DNA from: Bdellovibrionota bacterium
GTDB lineage: Bacteria; Bdellovibrionota_C; UBA2361; CAKMMH01
Length of the DNA: 64,000 nucleotides
NCBI GenBank assembly: GCA_050952645.1
Contig: JBMNLI010000012.1
Span: 160,001-224,000, forward strand
Direction: 5' to 3'
A program made the position numbers and the translations under genes. Shown piece by piece: positions 29,021-38,971 of this stretch. The stretch's first letter is position 1, and the number at the start of each line of letters is the position of its first letter. The notes under the pieces were generated by a model that worked only from the letters and a program-made list of their open reading frames with translations, did no database searches and had not been told where the DNA came from.

Positions 29021-30106
29021 ATGGCAGAAGGATCAGCACCTGAGGAAAGAACCGAAGACCCTACAGCGAAAAGAATGGAACAGCTTAGAAAAGATGGCGC
29101 TATCCATGTAAGCACAGAGCTAGCGCAAGTGCTATCTCTAATCGCTGGATTTATAGCTCTAAAATCTATTTGTAAAAGTCTATTTAAAGATCTTCAATTT
29201 GTTTTAACTACATCATTTAAAAAAATAGCAGATACTACACAAATTACTTATAACCAAGTCTATGAGGGCGCTCTTGGGGTTCTTTACTTAATAGGCCCAA
29301 AAATATTTTTACTACTTATAATAGTTTCTACCGTGTTTGCACTAACAATCTTAACTCAAACGAATTGGAATATAAAAGAAAAGAAAATCGATTTTAAATT
29401 TTCAAACTTAAATCCTATAAACGGTATAAAAAGAGTTTTCTCGGTAAATGGCGTGGTAAATACTTTAAAAGCCATCTTAAAGTTAGCTTTAATAATACCT
29501 ATTGCATACTACGGGCTTAAAAGCTTTGCTCCACAAATGATAATGCTTATGCATCACCAAATAAACGATATATTCGTATTTATCGGAAAGGCAGTATCAT
29601 CGCTTTTTTGGAAAATAATTTCAATACTAATAGCTTTAGCGATTTTCGACTATTTTTGGGGCAAACATAGATGGCTAAAATCTAACAGAATGACTAAAGA
29701 TGAGGTAAAAGATGAAAGAAAGGCTATAGAAGGTGATGAAAAAACTAAAATGCAAATTAGACAAAAAGGATTTCAAAGAATAAGGCAACAAATAGCAAAG
29801 AGCGTGCCTCTAGCAGATGTAGTAATTACAAACCCTACGCACTTTGCAGTAGCTTTAAAATACGACCCAGATGTGGCATCAGCCCCAGTAGTCGTAGCTA
29901 AAGGTGCAGACTATATAGCAGAAAAAATAAAGGAAATAGCTAGAGAGCATAACGTGCCAGTCATCGAAAGAAAACCTCTCGCTCGTGCATTATATGCAGC
30001 AGTAGAAGTCGGGGAGCAAATTCCTTACGAACTATATAAAGCAGTTTCTTACGTATTTAAATATGTTTATTCACTAAAAAATCCAAAGTATAGGAGGACA
30101 GTATAG
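29021..30106 (+). CDS. flhB: Flagellar export protein FlhB
   Basis: ERTEDPT.KR, MTKDEVKDE.K..EGD and the autocleavage motif NPTH. Confidence 0.96.
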   Translation: MAEGSAPEERTEDPTAKRMEQLRKDGAIHVSTELAQVLSLIAGFIALKSICKSLFKDLQFVLTTSFKKIADTTQITYNQVYEGALGVLYLIGPKIFLLLIIVSTVFALTILTQTNWNIKEKKIDFKFSNLNPINGIKRVFSVNGVVNTLKAILKLALIIPIAYYGLKSFAPQMIMLMHHQINDIFVFIGKAVSSLFWKIISILIALAIFDYFWGKHRWLKSNRMTKDEVKDERKAIEGDEKTKMQIRQKGFQRIRQQIAKSVPLADVVITNPTHFAVALKYDPDVASAPVVVAKGADYIAEKIKEIAREHNVPVIERKPLARALYAAVEVGEQIPYELYKAVSYVFKYVYSLKNPKYRRTV

Positions 30107-30159
30107 ACGCTACTACTAAAAGAAAAACATTCGATATACAGTTTCTAAAACATTTAACG

Positions 30160-32190
30160 ATGCCATTAACGTTAGTAGGTATATTATTTGTTTTAATTTT
30201 ACCTATGCCAACAGCGCTACTAGACGTTTGTATAGCATTAAATATCACGATTTCATTCGTAATATTATTTGCTTCACTCTATATGAAAAGACCTTTAGAC
30301 TTTTCGAGTTTCCCTGCCGTTTTACTAATTACGACGATGCTTAGGTTGGCTATGAGCGTAGCTGCAACTAGACTTATTTTATTAAATGGTGAAAAAGGAT
30401 TATCTGCTGCAGGACACGTAATCCAAGCTTTTGGGCAGTTTGTAGTCGGTGGAAATTACGCCGTAGGTATCGTTATCTTTATCGCAATTAGCATAGTAAA
30501 CTTAAAAGTTATTACTAAAGGTTCGGGGCGTATAGCAGAGGTTTCTGCTCGTTTTACCTTAGATGCTATGCCAGGAAAGCAAATGGCCATAGACTCAGAT
30601 CTTAATACTGGTTTGATAAGCGAAGATGAAGCTAAAGAAAAAAGAAATGATTTGCAAAGAGAGTCTCAATTTTACGGAGCTATGGATGGTGCTGCTAAGT
30701 TTGTAAGCGGAGATGCAATGGCAACACTAATGTTAGTGGTAGTAAATATAGCTGGTGGCTTCTTTATAGGAGTATTTCAAAAAGGTATGCATTGGAAAGA
30801 TGCCGCTTCGCTTTATACATTATTAACTATAGGTGATGGATTAGTAAGCCAAATTCCATCTATTATAATTTCTTTAGCATCAGGTTTAATAGTCGCTAGA
30901 AACGCTTCAGGTGATGATTTAAATACCGAGGTTTTAGGACAACTAGGAAAAAGCCATAGACCTTTATTCTTAACCTCGGGAGTGTGTTTAGGGCTTGCAG
31001 TGCTTCCTGGGCTTCCGTTCCTTCCATTTATGACGCTATTTGTGATTACGGGTATTGTGGCAATTGTGAAAAGAAGAGCCGTTATAGAAGAAAAAGATAA
31101 ACTTATAAAAGTAGCAATAGAAGATAAAGAACCTGTTGGGCCAAAACCTGGAAGCACTGAAGAGGTAGTTAAGTTATTGCCACTCGATGTTTTAGAGTTA
31201 GAGGTAGGCTACGAGCTAGTCGCTATGGTTGGAAGTGGGGAGCTTGTAGAAAGAATACGCTCGCTAAGAAGACAGTTTGCATTAGATTACGGCTTTATAG
31301 TGCCATCTATCCATATTAGAGATAATGTTCGCATCGCCCCTGGGGAATATAGAGTGCTTCTAAAGGGAAATTGCATTGGAAGAGGTGAGCTTATGTCGCA
31401 CCACTTGTTAGCGATGGATCCTGGAAACGTTACGGCTCCTATCGATGGCATTAAAACTAAAGAGCCAACTTTTGGGCTTGATGCTTTGTGGATTCCTGAA
31501 AGCGAAAAAGAAAGAGCTCAATTTTCTGGATACACCGTAGTCGAACATTCAACTATTATCACTACTCATATAACTGAGCTTATTAAAAACAATATGTCTG
31601 AACTTATAGGTAGACAAGAAGTGCAATACTTAGTCGATAATTTAGCTATGAAATATCCTAAGGTTGTAGAAGAGCTAATCCCTGGGCTTTTAACCATAGG
31701 ACAAGTAGAGCAAGTTTTATCAAGATTACTTAAAGAACAAATAAGCATAAGAGATTTAAGAACTATTTTAGAAACTCTTGCAAACTACGCACCACACATA
31801 AAGAGCGTTGAGCTTCTAACTGAACAAGTAAGAAAAAAATTATCACGTTCTATCACAGAAAAGTTTTTAACGAGCGAAGGCACTTTGCCATTAGTTAGCT
31901 TAAATCCAGCTTTAGAAAAAACGCTATCGGAAACTTTGCAAGCAACGGATGAAGGGTCGTACTTAGCATTAGAACCGAGTATGGCACAAAAGGTTATATC
32001 TAAAATTTCAAGCACTTCTGAAAAATTTACGGAGCTAGGTTACAACCCAGTTTTATTGACTACTAGTCATATAAGAGTAGGGATGTCGAACTTTGTAGAA
32101 AAATTCGTCCCAGGAGTGTCTGTGATTAGTCATCAAGAGATAGCCCCTAATACTAGAGTGCAATCTCTCGGTGTAATAAATATAGAATAA
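30160..32190 (+). CDS. flhA: Flagellar export gate protein FlhA (true start may be ATA at 30103)
   Basis: FHIPEP motifs RIAEVSARFTLDAMPGKQMAID, FYGAMDGA and LTIGDGLVSQIP. Confidence 0.96.
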   Translation: MPLTLVGILFVLILPMPTALLDVCIALNITISFVILFASLYMKRPLDFSSFPAVLLITTMLRLAMSVAATRLILLNGEKGLSAAGHVIQAFGQFVVGGNYAVGIVIFIAISIVNLKVITKGSGRIAEVSARFTLDAMPGKQMAIDSDLNTGLISEDEAKEKRNDLQRESQFYGAMDGAAKFVSGDAMATLMLVVVNIAGGFFIGVFQKGMHWKDAASLYTLLTIGDGLVSQIPSIIISLASGLIVARNASGDDLNTEVLGQLGKSHRPLFLTSGVCLGLAVLPGLPFLPFMTLFVITGIVAIVKRRAVIEEKDKLIKVAIEDKEPVGPKPGSTEEVVKLLPLDVLELEVGYELVAMVGSGELVERIRSLRRQFALDYGFIVPSIHIRDNVRIAPGEYRVLLKGNCIGRGELMSHHLLAMDPGNVTAPIDGIKTKEPTFGLDALWIPESEKERAQFSGYTVVEHSTIITTHITELIKNNMSELIGRQEVQYLVDNLAMKYPKVVEELIPGLLTIGQVEQVLSRLLKEQISIRDLRTILETLANYAPHIKSVELLTEQVRKKLSRSITEKFLTSEGTLPLVSLNPALEKTLSETLQATDEGSYLALEPSMAQKVISKISSTSEKFTELGYNPVLLTTSHIRVGMSNFVEKFVPGVSVISHQEIAPNTRVQSLGVINIE

Positions 32191-32267
32191 AAATATAAAT
32201 ATCGCTTAAAATTTAAGTTTTTGAAACTAAATTTTAAAATGATGAATCAAATGTTTGAGGGTATGAA

Positions 32268-33140
32268 ATGAAAAATATGTATTATGATAATTTAACAAAT
32301 ACGCAAAATAATATTGGACTTACTAGAGTTATAAGTTTTACTAGTGGAAAAGGGGGAGTTGGGAAAAGCACTAGCCTTATAAATATCGGGGTATCTTTAG
32401 TAAATGAAGGAAGAAGAGTGCTAGTGCTCGATGCAGACCTAGGGCTAGCAAACATCGATATCTTATTAGGCTTAACTCCTAAATATACCCTAGAAGATTT
32501 ATTATTTAATGAGAAAAGCATAGAAGATATTATTTTAGAATCTCCTTGCGGGCTATCTGTAATTCCTGCAGGAAGCGGAGTTTTAAAACTATTAAATTTA
32601 TCAGTAATGCAAAAATCACTTCTAATGAGCGAGGTTGAAAGGATAGCAAAAAATTACGATTATTTGCTAATCGACACTGGGGCTGGGATAAATGATGATG
32701 TGCTTTTTTTTAACGCTGCTTCTATGGAAGTAATATGTGTGATAACTAAAGAGCCTACATCGCTTACAGATACTTATTCGTTAATAAAAGTTTTATTACA
32801 AAAAGGAGAAAAGGAATTTTCGATATTAGTAAATAATGTTTCTTCAGAGTTAGAAGCTAAGAATACGTATAAAAAATTATTTATGGCAGTAGAAAAGTTT
32901 TTAAGAGTAAGACTTAAGTATATTGGATATATTCCGAGTGATGAAAAAGCAAGCGAGGCTATTTTAAAGCAAAAAGCTTACGTAGAAATGTTTCCATCAT
33001 CGGAGATAAGCAGAAAGGTAGTATCGCTTACAAAAAATTTAGATTCTGAGTTTTTTGATTTTAGAGTAAAAGGGGGCATGCAGTTTTTCTTTGAACAATT
33101 ATTAGAACTAAATGATGTTAGGCAAAATGTAGTAGTTTAA
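32268..33140 (+). CDS. flhG: MinD-like flagellar number regulator FlhG/FleN
   Basis: SGKGGVGKS, DADLGLAN, IDTGAGI and EPTSLTD motifs; flagellar context. Confidence 0.9.
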   Translation: MKNMYYDNLTNTQNNIGLTRVISFTSGKGGVGKSTSLINIGVSLVNEGRRVLVLDADLGLANIDILLGLTPKYTLEDLLFNEKSIEDIILESPCGLSVIPAGSGVLKLLNLSVMQKSLLMSEVERIAKNYDYLLIDTGAGINDDVLFFNAASMEVICVITKEPTSLTDTYSLIKVLLQKGEKEFSILVNNVSSELEAKNTYKKLFMAVEKFLRVRLKYIGYIPSDEKASEAILKQKAYVEMFPSSEISRKVVSLTKNLDSEFFDFRVKGGMQFFFEQLLELNDVRQNVVV

Positions 33141-33152
33141 TTTTAAATTAAA

Positions 33153-33383
33153 ATGGCAAGAAATAATAAAAAGAGACAAGGACAGAAAAAAAATTTTTAT
33201 TTTGTAGATAAATATATTGCAGGACTTTCGCTTACCGCATTTATAGTGATTATCGTTGCAGGGCTTATGCATGGAGCTAGCGTTATAACGATTAGTTTAA
33301 GGGCGATAGTAGTAATATTATTTTTAGCTGTAGTTAAAGTTATGTTAGTAAAAATTTTAATGAATTATGCAGGAGATGAGTAG
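33153..33383 (+). CDS. Small two-TM membrane protein
   Basis: 76 aa with a basic N-terminus and two hydrophobic helices; its stop overlaps the fliA start. Confidence 0.65.
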   Translation: MARNNKKRQGQKKNFYFVDKYIAGLSLTAFIVIIVAGLMHGASVITISLRAIVVILFLAVVKVMLVKILMNYAGDE

Positions 33384-34132
33384 TGAATAGTAAAAATCTA
33401 AATGGTATCATGGCGTATAAGCATGTTAGTAATAATGAAAAAGATGAGATGATTCGTGCTTATCTTCCACTCGTTAAAAAAGTTGTAAATAGACTTCTAG
33501 GAAGAGTGCCAAAAGGGGTTGATGTAAAAGAAATGATCAACTCTGGAATCATCGGCTTAGTTGATGCTTTAGAAAAGTTTGACCCAGGGAAAGATACTAA
33601 TTTTGCAACTTACGCAAGGTTTAGAATTCAAGGTTCTATTTTAGATAGCTTTCGGTCTCAAGATTGGCTTCCACGCTCGCTAAGAAAAAAGACGCATGAA
33701 ATTGAAGAAGCTTATAGACAAGTAGAGGTAAAGCATGGACGCCCAGCTAGAGATGAAGAGGTTGCAAAGGTGCTTGGAATTTCTCTAGATGAGTTTAATA
33801 AACGCCTTGGGGAAATTAGCAATATAGTGATGATAAGCTTTGAAGAACTTGGCTATGGACATGGCGAAGATAGGTTTAGCAAAGATGATGTGCTAGAAAG
33901 TAAAAGCAAAGACCCTCTATTTAAGCTTTTAAGTAGTGAAAAAGTAGAGTTAGTAGCAAGGTCGCTAGATAGACTTCCTGAAAAAGAACGTTTAGTAATA
34001 AGTTTATATTTCTATGAGGAGTTAAACTTAAAAGAGATAGGGGAGATAATAGGAGTTACGGAGTCTAGGGCTTCGCAAATCCGCTCTAGAGCATTGATAA
34101 GGTTAAAAACGTATTTAAAAAATATTTCTTAA
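33383..34132 (+). CDS. fliA: RNA polymerase sigma-28 factor FliA/WhiG
   Basis: FATYARFRIQGSILD..R..DW.PRS and LYFYEELNLKEIGEIIGVTESRASQ; GTG start. Confidence 0.93.
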   Translation: MNSKNLNGIMAYKHVSNNEKDEMIRAYLPLVKKVVNRLLGRVPKGVDVKEMINSGIIGLVDALEKFDPGKDTNFATYARFRIQGSILDSFRSQDWLPRSLRKKTHEIEEAYRQVEVKHGRPARDEEVAKVLGISLDEFNKRLGEISNIVMISFEELGYGHGEDRFSKDDVLESKSKDPLFKLLSSEKVELVARSLDRLPEKERLVISLYFYEELNLKEIGEIIGVTESRASQIRSRALIRLKTYLKNIS

Positions 34133-34144
34133 TGTATCTTAAAA

Positions 34145-35386
34145 ATGGATGCTGATGCTACGAAAGAAAAAATAATATTATTAGCTGGTGATAAAAATAG
34201 CGAACTCTTTTCATACGTAAACGAAAATTTTAAAGATTATCAAATAAAAGTAGTCTCGTCTTTTGAGGATTGTTTTAGAAAGATAGATGGAGACGATACA
34301 AAAATAATAATAGTTAATAAAAATACTGAAAACTGGGAATACGAGTATTTTATTAGTAAAGTAAAACTTACCATAAACTCTCCTAATGTAATCGTAGTTT
34401 CTAATAAGGTTAATGATGCATTGTATATAAATTCTTTATATTTAAGTGGTTTTTCTAGTTATTTAATAACGACTGAAAAAGATTGGAAAAATAATTTACA
34501 TTCTATAATTAGACATTTAATACGAAATCAAAAATTAGAAGAAATAAATAGAAAGCTTACGGCTAGACTTACAGAGGCTAATATGATGTTAGGTGAAAAA
34601 AATAAAAGGCTAGATGAGTTTTGCACTACCATAGCTCACGATATAAGAGGTCCTCTAGGCTCGCTAGTTATGAAGCTAGATTATATAAAAGATAATTATG
34701 AAATTATAAGCGAAGATAGATTAAGAGCGCTATTAAACACGAGTTTAACCGTTTGCGAAAAACTAATATCGCAAGTGCAAGCTATGTATGATTTTGCAAA
34801 GCTTGGAAAAGAAGCTACTAAAATGGAATTTTTTAATTTAAATGAGCTTATCTTATCTTTAATAGAAGAAATGGATTTTTCAAGTGTTTTAAATAATAAT
34901 TTAAATAGCTCATTAGATAACAAACTAGATAATAAGTTAGATGATAAAATAAATATTAAATTAAATATTAAATTAGACAGTGGTTCAAATGTTAAATTTA
35001 CTATCGATAATTTTCCTGATATATATGGAAGCAAAGAGCTTATAAGGAGGCTATTTTTAAATCTTTTAACTAATGCGATTAAATATAATGATAAGAAAGA
35101 AAAAATTATAAATATAAGTTTTAAAGGGATAGAAACTATGCTTGCAGGAAAGTTTGCTAAGATTTATGTAGAAGATAATGGGAATGGAATTTTAAAAGAA
35201 GATTTAACAAATATTTTTAAGTTATTTAATAGAGCAGGAGAAGCTAGGAGTAAGAAAGAGGGACTAGGAATCGGTCTTGCAGTAGTAGATAGAGTTATAG
35301 AATTGCACCTAGGAAAAATTCAAATAAAATCCCAAATTGGCAAAGGCTCGCTATTTGAGTTTACGCTACCAGTAGAGAAGATGTAA
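34145..35386 (+). CDS. Cytoplasmic sensor histidine kinase with a degenerate N-terminal receiver-like domain
   Basis: H-box AHDIRGPL, N-box NLLTNAIKY, DNGNGI, GLGIGL and GSLF; no TM segments. Confidence 0.88.
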   Translation: MDADATKEKIILLAGDKNSELFSYVNENFKDYQIKVVSSFEDCFRKIDGDDTKIIIVNKNTENWEYEYFISKVKLTINSPNVIVVSNKVNDALYINSLYLSGFSSYLITTEKDWKNNLHSIIRHLIRNQKLEEINRKLTARLTEANMMLGEKNKRLDEFCTTIAHDIRGPLGSLVMKLDYIKDNYEIISEDRLRALLNTSLTVCEKLISQVQAMYDFAKLGKEATKMEFFNLNELILSLIEEMDFSSVLNNNLNSSLDNKLDNKLDDKINIKLNIKLDSGSNVKFTIDNFPDIYGSKELIRRLFLNLLTNAIKYNDKKEKIINISFKGIETMLAGKFAKIYVEDNGNGILKEDLTNIFKLFNRAGEARSKKEGLGIGLAVVDRVIELHLGKIQIKSQIGKGSLFEFTLPVEKM

Positions 35387-35422
35387 AAATATATATTTTA
35401 AGTTTATAACTCTATAAATTTT

Positions 35423-36577
35423 CTATAACTCTACGACTTTTTCCCAAGTAAAAAAATCTCCACTAGGTTTTCTTCCGAAATGCCCACCGCTAGCGGTAGC
35501 TTTATAGATAGGCTTTAATAAATTTAAGTGCTTAATTATTCCTAGCGGTGTTAAATCGAAATTATCTTTTACTTTCCTTACTATTTTATCGTGTGAAACG
35601 TTTTGAGTCCCAAAAGTATTAACCATAACCGACACAGGCTCAGCAACTCCAATGGCATAAGCTAATTGAATTTCACACGTGCTAGCAAGATTAGAAGCAA
35701 CGATGCTTTTTGCTATGTGTCTTGCCATGTAAGCCGCCGACCTATCTACCTTACTAGGGTCTTTGCCAGAGAAAGCCCCACCGCCATGGTGAGCATAACC
35801 TCCGTAAGTATCGACTATTATTTTTCTACCAGTTATTCCGCTATCGCCAACGGGACCTCCTATCACAAACCTACCAGTAGGATTTATAAAAAACTTCGTT
35901 TCATCATCGATTAAATTTTTATCTATTTTAGAAATTGTAGGAAGAATAACTTTATTTATTATAAAGTCTTTTAATTCCTCATAAGAAACGTCTTCGCTAT
36001 GCTGAGAAGACAAAACTATTGTATCTATTTTCTTTGGAATACCGTTAGCGTATTTTAAACTAACTTGAGATTTAGCATCAGGTCTAAGAAAAGTGTTTTT
36101 ATCACTTTTTCTAACTTCAGTAAGTTCATTTATAAGCTTGTGTGCTAATGAAATTCCTAGTGGCATAAGTTCAGGAGTTTCCTTGCAAGCAAATCCAAAC
36201 ATTAAGCCTTGGTCTCCAGCTCCCATTTGTTTAAAAAGTCCTTCTCCTTCAGTGACTCCTTGGCTAATATCTGGAGATTGCTTTGCTATAAATTTTGTAA
36301 TATTACAAGTATCGGCACAAAAGCCAAGCTCTTCTTTGTCATAGCCTATGTCTCTTATGCTATCTCTAATAACTTTATCGAAATTTATATTAGCGCTAGT
36401 AGTTAGCTCCCCAGCTAAAACTACCTCGTTGTTTTTAACTAGCGTTTCAATAGCCACTCGGCTCTTAGGGTCTTCTTTTAAAGTTTCATCAAGAATGGTA
36501 TCGCTTATCTTATCACACATTTTGTCTGGGTGCCCTTCTGAAACAGACTCAGAAGAAAAAATATATTCGTTATTCAT
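35423..36577 (-). CDS. metK: S-adenosylmethionine synthetase
   Basis: [17 protein letters not shown] and GGGAFSGKD motifs. Start placed at 36577 after a GGAG RBS. Confidence 0.98.
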   Translation of the reverse strand: MNNEYIFSSESVSEGHPDKMCDKISDTILDETLKEDPKSRVAIETLVKNNEVVLAGELTTSANINFDKVIRDSIRDIGYDKEELGFCADTCNITKFIAKQSPDISQGVTEGEGLFKQMGAGDQGLMFGFACKETPELMPLGISLAHKLINELTEVRKSDKNTFLRPDAKSQVSLKYANGIPKKIDTIVLSSQHSEDVSYEELKDFIINKVILPTISKIDKNLIDDETKFFINPTGRFVIGGPVGDSGITGRKIIVDTYGGYAHHGGGAFSGKDPSKVDRSAAYMARHIAKSIVASNLASTCEIQLAYAIGVAEPVSVMVNTFGTQNVSHDKIVRKVKDNFDLTPLGIIKHLNLLKPIYKATASGGHFGRKPSGDFFTWEKVVEL

Positions 36578-36603
36578 AAAAAAAAACTCCATTAAACTTT
36601 AAG

Positions 36604-36841
36604 GTTCTATAACGTTTTAAAGAGATTCTTAACAAAAAAATTTATTCTAAGGCTTTAGCTTAAAAATTAATCTACTTTATTTTAGGTTAAGTTAAATAAA
36701 GATTTTTTTTGCTTATTATATTCTGTTTATTACGTTTTATTTATTTATTACGTTTATTTATATTTTTATTTATTGGCAATTTTTCTTTTAGGTTCTGCTT
36801 ATGCGTGATATACAGTTTAAATCGCCTTAAAATGTAAGAAC
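36604..36841 (+). repeat. Degenerate full-length copy of the long-hairpin repeat upstream of metK
   Basis: GTTCTATAACGTTTTAAAGAG...TTAGCTTAAAA...CAATTTTTCTTTTAGG...GTGATA...CGCCTTAAAATGTAAGAAC aligns with copy A. Confidence 0.65.
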
Positions 36842-37035
36842 TAATTTTAATATTTAGTAGTTTACTACATTAAATATTTTTAACAATAAATCGCATTTTG
36901 TTTTAAATATAACATTTTCTTTTTAAGTGTATTCTATAATAAAAGTTTATAATAAAAGTCTATAATAAAAATTATGATGAAGTCTTAAAATAAAAACACG
37001 TTCTATAATAACCTTAACTTTGCAAAAAAGTTCAC

Positions 37036-38724
37036 CTAAAATTTTTTTTGTAATTTTTTATTTATTTGAGCAGCTTTTAATCTTACCTTATCAGCATCTA
37101 TATCAAACGCATTTAATATAGTTTTTTGTCTTTTGCTTACTGCATAGCTCAGCTGATATAAATCCTTACTCCCTCTTACCATTTCAATTTTTTCAAGTTC
37201 TTTTAATGCGGCAGGAACATTCATATAGTTTGGCTTTTTTGTTAGCTTAGAAAGTTCTTCATTAAGTAGAATATAAATGCGATTGCGAATTATAAGTGCT
37301 ATAAACTCTATAAAAATTTTAGCAGATACTGCCTGAGATGAATGAACTCTCATACTTTTTGAGCCTAAAAAAGTCTTATCAATAGCAAAAAGTTTCTCAG
37401 TTGCGTCTCTACCCTTGTAAAGTATTATAGCTTCTTTAGCACTCATTTCTTCCGAACTAACAAGACAAAAATACCCACATAAATTAAGAGCCTTTTGAAT
37501 TTCATCTGCTCTCTCTTCTACTTTTCTTAACTTTCCTTGATTGTCATAACTTAAATCAAAAAATTGCTTATACGTTTGTCCAAACTTTGTATCTTTGCCA
37601 ATATGGTTTTTTAAAAATTGTTCAAACTCCTCTAATTTAATTTCTAGTTGCTCCCTCTCAAATGCTTGCTTTTCCGCACTAAAATAAACATGAAAATAAC
37701 GCTCCTTACTATCATCATCATATAATTTTGATTTCACTGTAGTGCCATATACCTTGTATAAGCGAATACTACAGTCTCTTTTAGACTCAAATGTATTCCT
37801 GTTTTCTTCTACTAATTTAGAAACTAAAGCCTTACACCCTTTTACCATCAATAAAAAAGAAAAACCACTATTATCCATATATTGAATATTATATTTACTA
37901 AAATAACCACGGTCTAAAATAAATCCTATCTTTTTATATCCATACTCTATAACCTTATCTGCCATATGAGTAAATTGAGAAACGTCTGTAATAGAACCAG
38001 GATACTCTTCGTAAAATAACGGAACTCTATTCGTTTGATCAAAGGCAATGGATAAATTAAATACTGGGAATCCTTTTTCGTCTTTCGCTTTACCAAACTC
38101 TACTAATTCAACATCACCTGCTTGACAGTTCTTATTAGTCGAATCATATGAAACGTAAACCATTTGATTGCGATCTTTTCCCTTGTTCCAATCGTCAAGA
38201 AAGTTAATTATCTGCTCTTTGCTAACAGAAGAAAGAAAACGACTTATGGTAGAATCACTATAGATGCGCATACCTTTTGTAAAGAGTGGATGAGAAAAGG
38301 CGTAGTCTGGATAATACTGACTGACATTCTCTTCATTTACAATAAAATAACTCGCTAAATCAAGTATAAGTTCACTACGTTCACCAAAATGTTTTTTTAG
38401 TAAAAAAGGCAAATTAAATTCATTTGCTACTTTTTCAATCACCAAGTGGGGACCTATACGAAGACAACAACTGCGTGAAGCGTCTGAAAATTTCTCGGGC
38501 ATAGGGGCATCTGGAAAATAATTACTATAATTGTCATTAGGGTACATAATATCATCTCTACCATCAACTAATTTTCCAATAACGCTACGCTTTGGATTAG
38601 TATACTGTTTCTCTTTATTATAAGTGCGATCGTATTCAAAAAGCACATATTTTGCTTCCCCTTTTTCTCTTATAATTATTTTATTTCTTTGCTCTGGTAA
38701 TGGAACTGTTCGATTGTAATTCAT
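37036..38724 (-). CDS. DDE transposase, IS1634-like
   Basis: YDSTN, YPGSITD, LDRGYFS and Y-x2-R-x3-E-x2-F-x3-K motifs; 562 aa; AAGGAGG RBS. Confidence 0.92.
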   Translation of the reverse strand: MNYNRTVPLPEQRNKIIIREKGEAKYVLFEYDRTYNKEKQYTNPKRSVIGKLVDGRDDIMYPNDNYSNYFPDAPMPEKFSDASRSCCLRIGPHLVIEKVANEFNLPFLLKKHFGERSELILDLASYFIVNEENVSQYYPDYAFSHPLFTKGMRIYSDSTISRFLSSVSKEQIINFLDDWNKGKDRNQMVYVSYDSTNKNCQAGDVELVEFGKAKDEKGFPVFNLSIAFDQTNRVPLFYEEYPGSITDVSQFTHMADKVIEYGYKKIGFILDRGYFSKYNIQYMDNSGFSFLLMVKGCKALVSKLVEENRNTFESKRDCSIRLYKVYGTTVKSKLYDDDSKERYFHVYFSAEKQAFEREQLEIKLEEFEQFLKNHIGKDTKFGQTYKQFFDLSYDNQGKLRKVEERADEIQKALNLCGYFCLVSSEEMSAKEAIILYKGRDATEKLFAIDKTFLGSKSMRVHSSQAVSAKIFIEFIALIIRNRIYILLNEELSKLTKKPNYMNVPAALKELEKIEMVRGSKDLYQLSYAVSKRQKTILNAFDIDADKVRLKAAQINKKLQKKF

Positions 38725-38756
38725 AAAACCTCCTTTAGGTTAACGGTTGCACTAAA

Positions 38757-38785
38757 AGTATAGCATAGTAAATACACAGATGCAA
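38757..38785 (-). promoter_or_regulatory. Sigma70 promoter of the transposase
   Basis: TTGCAT-N17-TATACT with an extended TG. Confidence 0.6.
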
Positions 38786-38905
38786 GTAAAAAAATGCATA
38801 ATTTAACGATTATTTCTTATTTATTTTAATTGATTATTTGTTTAGGTGAACTTTTTTGAAAAGTTAAGGAATAATGGCTAATATTTAATATAAAAAAACA
38901 TTTAG

Positions 38906-38933
38906 TTGACATTTTATTTTATTTTTGTAGAAT
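38906..38933 (+). promoter_or_regulatory. Sigma70 promoter of the TetR-RND operon
   Basis: TTGACA-N16-TAGAAT. Confidence 0.6.
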
Positions 38934-38971
38934 ATAAAAAGTTAGGTCAGTTGATTGAATTTTTTATTTAT

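Larger units (their letters stand above)
37012..38869 (-). mobile_element. Complete insertion sequence, IS1634-family (1858 bp)
   Basis: 29-bp TIRs with 1 mismatch (CCTTAACTTTGCAAAAAAGTTCACCTAAA / TTTAGGTGAACTTTTTTGAAAAGTTAAGG), a 5-bp TSD AATAA at 37007-37011 and 38870-38874, and a single transposase ORF. Confidence 0.92.

Noticed and set aside
36593..36900. SAM riboswitch upstream of metK
   Set aside because: I could not see SAM-I or SAM-II consensus elements; the region matches the hairpin repeat and AT-rich micro-repeats.
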